Below, piece after piece: positions 60,331 through 64,000 of a DNA stretch of 64,000 bases (position 1 is its first letter; the number at the start of each line of letters is the position of its first letter). The translations under genes and the position numbers were made by a program. The stretch lies in assembly GCA_038824665.1 (NCBI GenBank), contig JAWBBK010000001.1, forward strand, positions 160,001-224,000, in the 5' to 3' direction. The notes under the pieces are model-generated. The model saw nothing but the letters and a program-made list of their open reading frames with translations. It made no database searches and was not told where the DNA came from. The DNA comes from Acidilobaceae archaeon (lineage in GTDB: Archaea > Thermoproteota > Thermoprotei_A > Sulfolobales > Acidilobaceae).

Positions 60331-60526
60331 TGTATTTGATGTGATCTGTAGCTCACCGTAGAGGTGCTCTAGGTCTCCACTATACTCTGACTGAGCAGTA
60401 AACTCTCCCCATAGCTTTAGGCGACCTGGGGTTTCCGAGACCCATAGCAGACCTTGGGAAGAAGGTCCAGGGGAACCATGATGACCTGTCTCGGGTGCCT
60501 ATAGAAACCTTGGGACGGAAAACGAT

Positions 60527-60589
60527 AGCTCAGATACCCCAGAACTCTTCATCAGCTGAGCCTCATGAGGACACGGCTCTCTTCACAGC
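60527..60589 (-). ncRNA. Candidate box C/D guide sRNA
   Basis: C GTGAAGA 60586-60580, D' ATGA 60566-60563, C' TGATGA 60554-60549, D CTGA 60533-60530; starts just after the stop of the upstream ATPase. Confidence 0.6.
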
Positions 60590-60597
60590 CGCTCAAC

Positions 60598-61476
60598 TTA
60601 TCTCCTCGCTAGGCTTTTAACTTCCTCGACAAGATCTTCTAACTCGCTTATCGAATATCCTTCGCTCGGCTCGCTTTTCAGAGGGAGCTCTACGGTCTTG
60701 AGGGAGAGAAGTCCTATCACCTCCTTGGTTAGAACGGACCACGGCTTTTCCTGTCTCATTCTAAGCTCTACAGCCTTGGCATATCTAGCACCACTGATCA
60801 CAGCTACCACGTTATGAGCTACTACTAGAGCCAGATCTGGTCTCATGAGACCTCTCGTGGGAACAGCTATATCTGCGTTAGACTCAGCTACTATCACCTC
60901 AACCCTTTCAGATAGAGACTCTAGGCAAGAGTCTGCAGTAGGGCTTCCGTCTTTCTCTAAGACTTCAGCTAACTCCTTAGCGGCTATAGGCTCAGGCGGA
61001 GGTTTAAGAAAAGCGCTTAGGTCGTTAAGGATCTCTCGGACTCCCGCAGAGGTCCTAGAGTAAGCGGTTAGATTGATTAAATGTTTCGTCTCTATCTCTT
61101 CGCCGAGACAGCGGGTGAATCTAACTAGAGCTGTTCGAGAGTGAGAACTTCTTAAGGTGAAGTCTATCAAACTTTCTTTCCAGTCAAGAACTCTTGGATC
61201 TATAGGGATAGAGAGACCTCCCACAGGATTTAGAGTAGTGGGGTTGAAAGCTCCCGTGGCTCTGTAGAGTTCGAGTCCGTCTCTAGTAACTACAGCTTTG
61301 GCTCTAACAACTTCATCTAAGATCTTCGGATAGCTCCAGATGTCTGTAGAGCCTATGGGTTTGAAGCCCATGACTTTAAAGCCTACTTTCTTGAGAGCGG
61401 AAACTAGACTCGAGGCTAGAACGGTTTTACCGGAGTCCATGTGATAAAGTCCAGAGACTAAGATCTTCAAGGTCAT
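60598..61476 (-). CDS. Predicted P-loop ATPase (COG4028-like, BioD/CobQ-like fold)
   Basis: ILVSGL..DSGKT, GFKPIG, LNPV, IVAESNADIAVP. Confidence 0.8.
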   Translation of the reverse strand: MTLKILVSGLYHMDSGKTVLASSLVSALKKVGFKVMGFKPIGSTDIWSYPKILDEVVRAKAVVTRDGLELYRATGAFNPTTLNPVGGLSIPIDPRVLDWKESLIDFTLRSSHSRTALVRFTRCLGEEIETKHLINLTAYSRTSAGVREILNDLSAFLKPPPEPIAAKELAEVLEKDGSPTADSCLESLSERVEVIVAESNADIAVPTRGLMRPDLALVVAHNVVAVISGARYAKAVELRMRQEKPWSVLTKEVIGLLSLKTVELPLKSEPSEGYSISELEDLVEEVKSLARR

Positions 61477-61481
61477 AGTCT

Positions 61482-61748
61482 TTACTTGCCTTCCTGGACC
61501 GGGACGTAGAGCTTAGCTCTTCTGCTTCCCCCTACAGGTTTTAACAAGCCCATCTCCTTTAACTTCTTCAAAACCCTCTTTGCTGTCGAGATCTTCACTC
61601 CTAGCTTTTGAGAGGCTTTGAAGGGAGTTACCACAACTTCTTTAGGTAACTCTTTCATAGCCTTTTCTACTATCTCTGGAGTCACGAAAGCCTCTACTAG
61701 GTCTTTGGGATCTACGTAGGGAGTCTGTTTGCTTCTCTTAGAACTCAT
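61482..61748 (-). CDS. rps25e: 30S ribosomal protein S25e
   Basis: KELPKEVVVTPF..LGVKISTAKRVLKKL..G..LYVP. Confidence 0.92.
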   Translation of the reverse strand: MSSKRSKQTPYVDPKDLVEAFVTPEIVEKAMKELPKEVVVTPFKASQKLGVKISTAKRVLKKLKEMGLLKPVGGSRRAKLYVPVQEGK

Positions 61749-61923
61749 TCAGACACACCCGAGTTTAAGCTTAATGTTTGGAGCGAAGCTTTAAAAGCTA
61801 GCTTCGAAGAGTTCAGGAAAGACTTCGTGACTCACAGGCTAGTAAAGCCGGAAAAGTTCAGGAGAGTTGTCGCTTTGAAAGACGGAATTGAGAACAGGAA
61901 GGCGCTAGCGGTTCTTGGCTTAT

Positions 61924-62622
61924 CTAGGACTCTTCGATCTTGACTACTATAGGTTGAGCCTGTTGTTGTGCTTTAGGCTGAGCATGTTGCTGTTGTGTCT
62001 TCTGGTCTTCTCTAGGAGCTAAAGCGGCTTCTAGAGTCTTCTCTAGCTTCTCTAAGACTCTCTTAGCATCGTTCTTCTCTTCAACTATCTTATCTCTCAT
62101 CTTTCTGAGATGGTTCATGCTCTGATTGTAGACTTTTTCTGAAATCTCTCCGCTGAAGTATAGGATTTGGAGGCTAGCGATAGATCTAGAGACGGTCAGA
62201 GCCTCGTCTTCTAGTGCCGATACTCTCTCTTTAACGACCTTCTTAGCCTCTTCGGCTCTGTTCTTGAGTTCTCTTATCTCTTCGGCTATGTTTCTCTTGA
62301 AGCCTTCTAAGAGTTCTCCTGGAAGGTCTGTAGACGACATAGAGTCTAAGGCCTTCCGCCTTCTGTAAGCTCTATCTAGAGCTTCTATCACCGACGTGGC
62401 TAGATGTCTCCAAAACGGGATCACGACTAGCTTACCGTCTTTTAAGGTTAGCCTCTCAACCGGGATGGTCTCAACAGCTCTATCCGCTATCTTAATGTCA
62501 ATGCTTTTTACGTTTCCGTTCATATCGCTAACGGCTCCTACTAGAGTTCCGATCACTCTACCGTAAACGTCCTCTATCTCAGAGCCTATGAAAGGAGATA
62601 TCGATTCGAGCTTGAGGCTCAT
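61924..62622 (-). CDS. cdvA: Cell division protein CdvA
   Basis: N-terminal PRC barrel (FIG..EDVYGRVIG), W, RRRKALD coiled coil, C-terminal PIVVKI ESCRT-III-binding-like peptide. Confidence 0.92.
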   Translation of the reverse strand: MSLKLESISPFIGSEIEDVYGRVIGTLVGAVSDMNGNVKSIDIKIADRAVETIPVERLTLKDGKLVVIPFWRHLATSVIEALDRAYRRRKALDSMSSTDLPGELLEGFKRNIAEEIRELKNRAEEAKKVVKERVSALEDEALTVSRSIASLQILYFSGEISEKVYNQSMNHLRKMRDKIVEEKNDAKRVLEKLEKTLEAALAPREDQKTQQQHAQPKAQQQAQPIVVKIEES

Positions 62623-62726
62623 TAGAGAGCACCTCTCCTCTTGAGGGTCAGTAACACCGAGTATATAGAGGGGAGAGCCGACTATACGGGGGACTCCTCG
62701 GCTAGAAGCCGCGAAGAGATTAGACG

Positions 62727-63404
62727 GTGGTGAACAGGGTGAGTAGGTTAGAGCAGTGGGCCAAAACTTGGAGCGGTCCCGAAGACTCTGAGAGCGTAAT
62801 CAAAAGAGTGAAAGACTTCATAAGCCCTCCGCCTCCAGCTAAGCAACAAATGGTCACAGCGCTCTATAAGATAGGAGCTCAGATAAACAAGCTGGACTAC
62901 AGTCTAGCTAGACTCCAGAGCTACGATAGAACTCTGTTCGAGAAAACAGTGAATTCTCTCGTCGAGGGAGACAAGACGAAGGCTACTATGTATGCTTCTG
63001 AGGTAGCTGAAGTAAGAAAGATGGCTAAAGTGATAATGACTGTAAGGTATGCTCTAGAGAGAGTTAAGATAAGACTTGAGACAGCCATAATGTTTGGAGA
63101 CGTACAGGCCAACCTGGCTCCAGCGGTGAGCGCTCTGAGGCAGGTGATGGGTTACATAAAGGGTATGATGCCAGACGTGTTTACAGAACTTGTAGAGGTC
63201 GACGAAGCCTTACAGGCTGTGCTACTACAGGCTACGGTGACGTCACCAATAGCTTTAGACAACACCTTTGTGACCGAAGAGGCTTCCAAGATACTAAAGG
63301 ATGCAAGCATAATAGCGGAACAGAGACTCAAAGAGAGCTTCCCAGAGCTTCCCAGCTTCGAGAAGATATCTGCAAAAGAGAAGACAAACACTCCTACCTC
63401 TTAA
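62727..63404 (+). CDS. ESCRT-III (Snf7) protein, CdvB1/B2-type paralogue lacking the wH domain
   Basis: DRTLFEK, A.MYA.EVAEVRK, ALERV.IRLET..GD, KILKDAS.IAEQRLKE.FPELP (MIM2); ends shortly after MIM2. Confidence 0.9.
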   Translation: MVNRVSRLEQWAKTWSGPEDSESVIKRVKDFISPPPPAKQQMVTALYKIGAQINKLDYSLARLQSYDRTLFEKTVNSLVEGDKTKATMYASEVAEVRKMAKVIMTVRYALERVKIRLETAIMFGDVQANLAPAVSALRQVMGYIKGMMPDVFTELVEVDEALQAVLLQATVTSPIALDNTFVTEEASKILKDASIIAEQRLKESFPELPSFEKISAKEKTNTPTS

Positions 63405-63514
63405 AACCTGGTCTTCACCATTTTCATTTTTTGTTTTCTTAAGCTTCTTTAGAGACCGTAGCCTCAGTTTTTTAAGCTTCAGTGGTACACTAGGTCTCGA
63501 GGTTTGGTGCATCT

Positions 63515-63904
63515 ATGGCCTGTTTTGTATCGCCTCTAATTACTGGTCTTTTGCTAGTGCTTGTAGCTCGTCGCTCAGAGAAGACAAGAAGACTTCACGA
63601 CTTAGCGATCATGATGGTGGGAGGCTCGCTCCTCCTAGCTACCAAACATGTGCTCGTAGGAGAGCCTCTTATTCCCTTTAGCCTTTCACAGATAGCTTTA
63701 GACGTTTTAGCGATAGGTATTCCTATGGTTTTCGCTACGACAGCTGTCTGGATAGGACTGACGTTAGCCAACAGACGCTTAACTTTTGGAGAGAGATTGA
63801 AGAAAGCTTCGGGCTCTCCTATAGCTAAGACGATAGTGTTGTCCCTCTTAGGATTAATTGTAATGCTGATCGTAGACTTTATTGTAGGACATACGATTTT
63901 CTAG
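63515..63904 (+). CDS. Hypothetical four-TM membrane protein
   Basis: Four hydrophobic segments, GAGG SD upstream. Confidence 0.7.
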   Translation: MACFVSPLITGLLLVLVARRSEKTRRLHDLAIMMVGGSLLLATKHVLVGEPLIPFSLSQIALDVLAIGIPMVFATTAVWIGLTLANRRLTFGERLKKASGSPIAKTIVLSLLGLIVMLIVDFIVGHTIF

Positions 63905-64000
63905 AGGTTAGCGAAGACCTTCTCTATAACCCTATACTCTTTATACTTCTGTTCGTTCCTAATCTCGTTAGTATATAACTCTCCTCTCTAGCTTACGATT

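Noticed and set aside
61750-61945. Open frame with short repeats AGTTCAGGA between rps25e and cdvA
   Set aside because: No convincing start or homology; the repeats are too short and few for CRISPR or iterons

Overview
Chromosomal segment of a crenarchaeon (Thermoproteota). Fused rpoB, rps25e, CdvA/ESCRT-III, Ced and DUF2258 suggest a Desulfurococcales/Acidilobales-like lineage (inference). It holds the RNA polymerase operon (rpoH-B-A1-A2-rpl30e-nusA-rps12, with no rps7 after it) and a convergent Ced DNA-import cluster (cedA1-cedA-cedB) that runs on into a GPN-loop GTPase and a membrane-anchored thermonuclease. It also holds many housekeeping and RNA-modification genes, cdc6/orc1 with an ORB-like box in its leader, and four tRNAs (two with BHB introns, one in the D-arm). 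Other elements are four candidate box C/D guide sRNAs, a decayed Tat-exported molybdopterin oxidoreductase (Psr/Sre-like) operon, a glycosyltransferase broken by a 20-bp tandem duplication next to a TnpB-like relic, and cdvA divergent from a CdvB1/B2-type ESCRT-III gene. No CRISPR array, rRNA or intact mobile element was seen. Best leads: the extended Ced operon, a 644-bp AT-rich gap between convergent genes, apparent CTG start codons, and the cdvA/ESCRT-III arrangement. All calls come from motif recognition by eye; no database searches were run.
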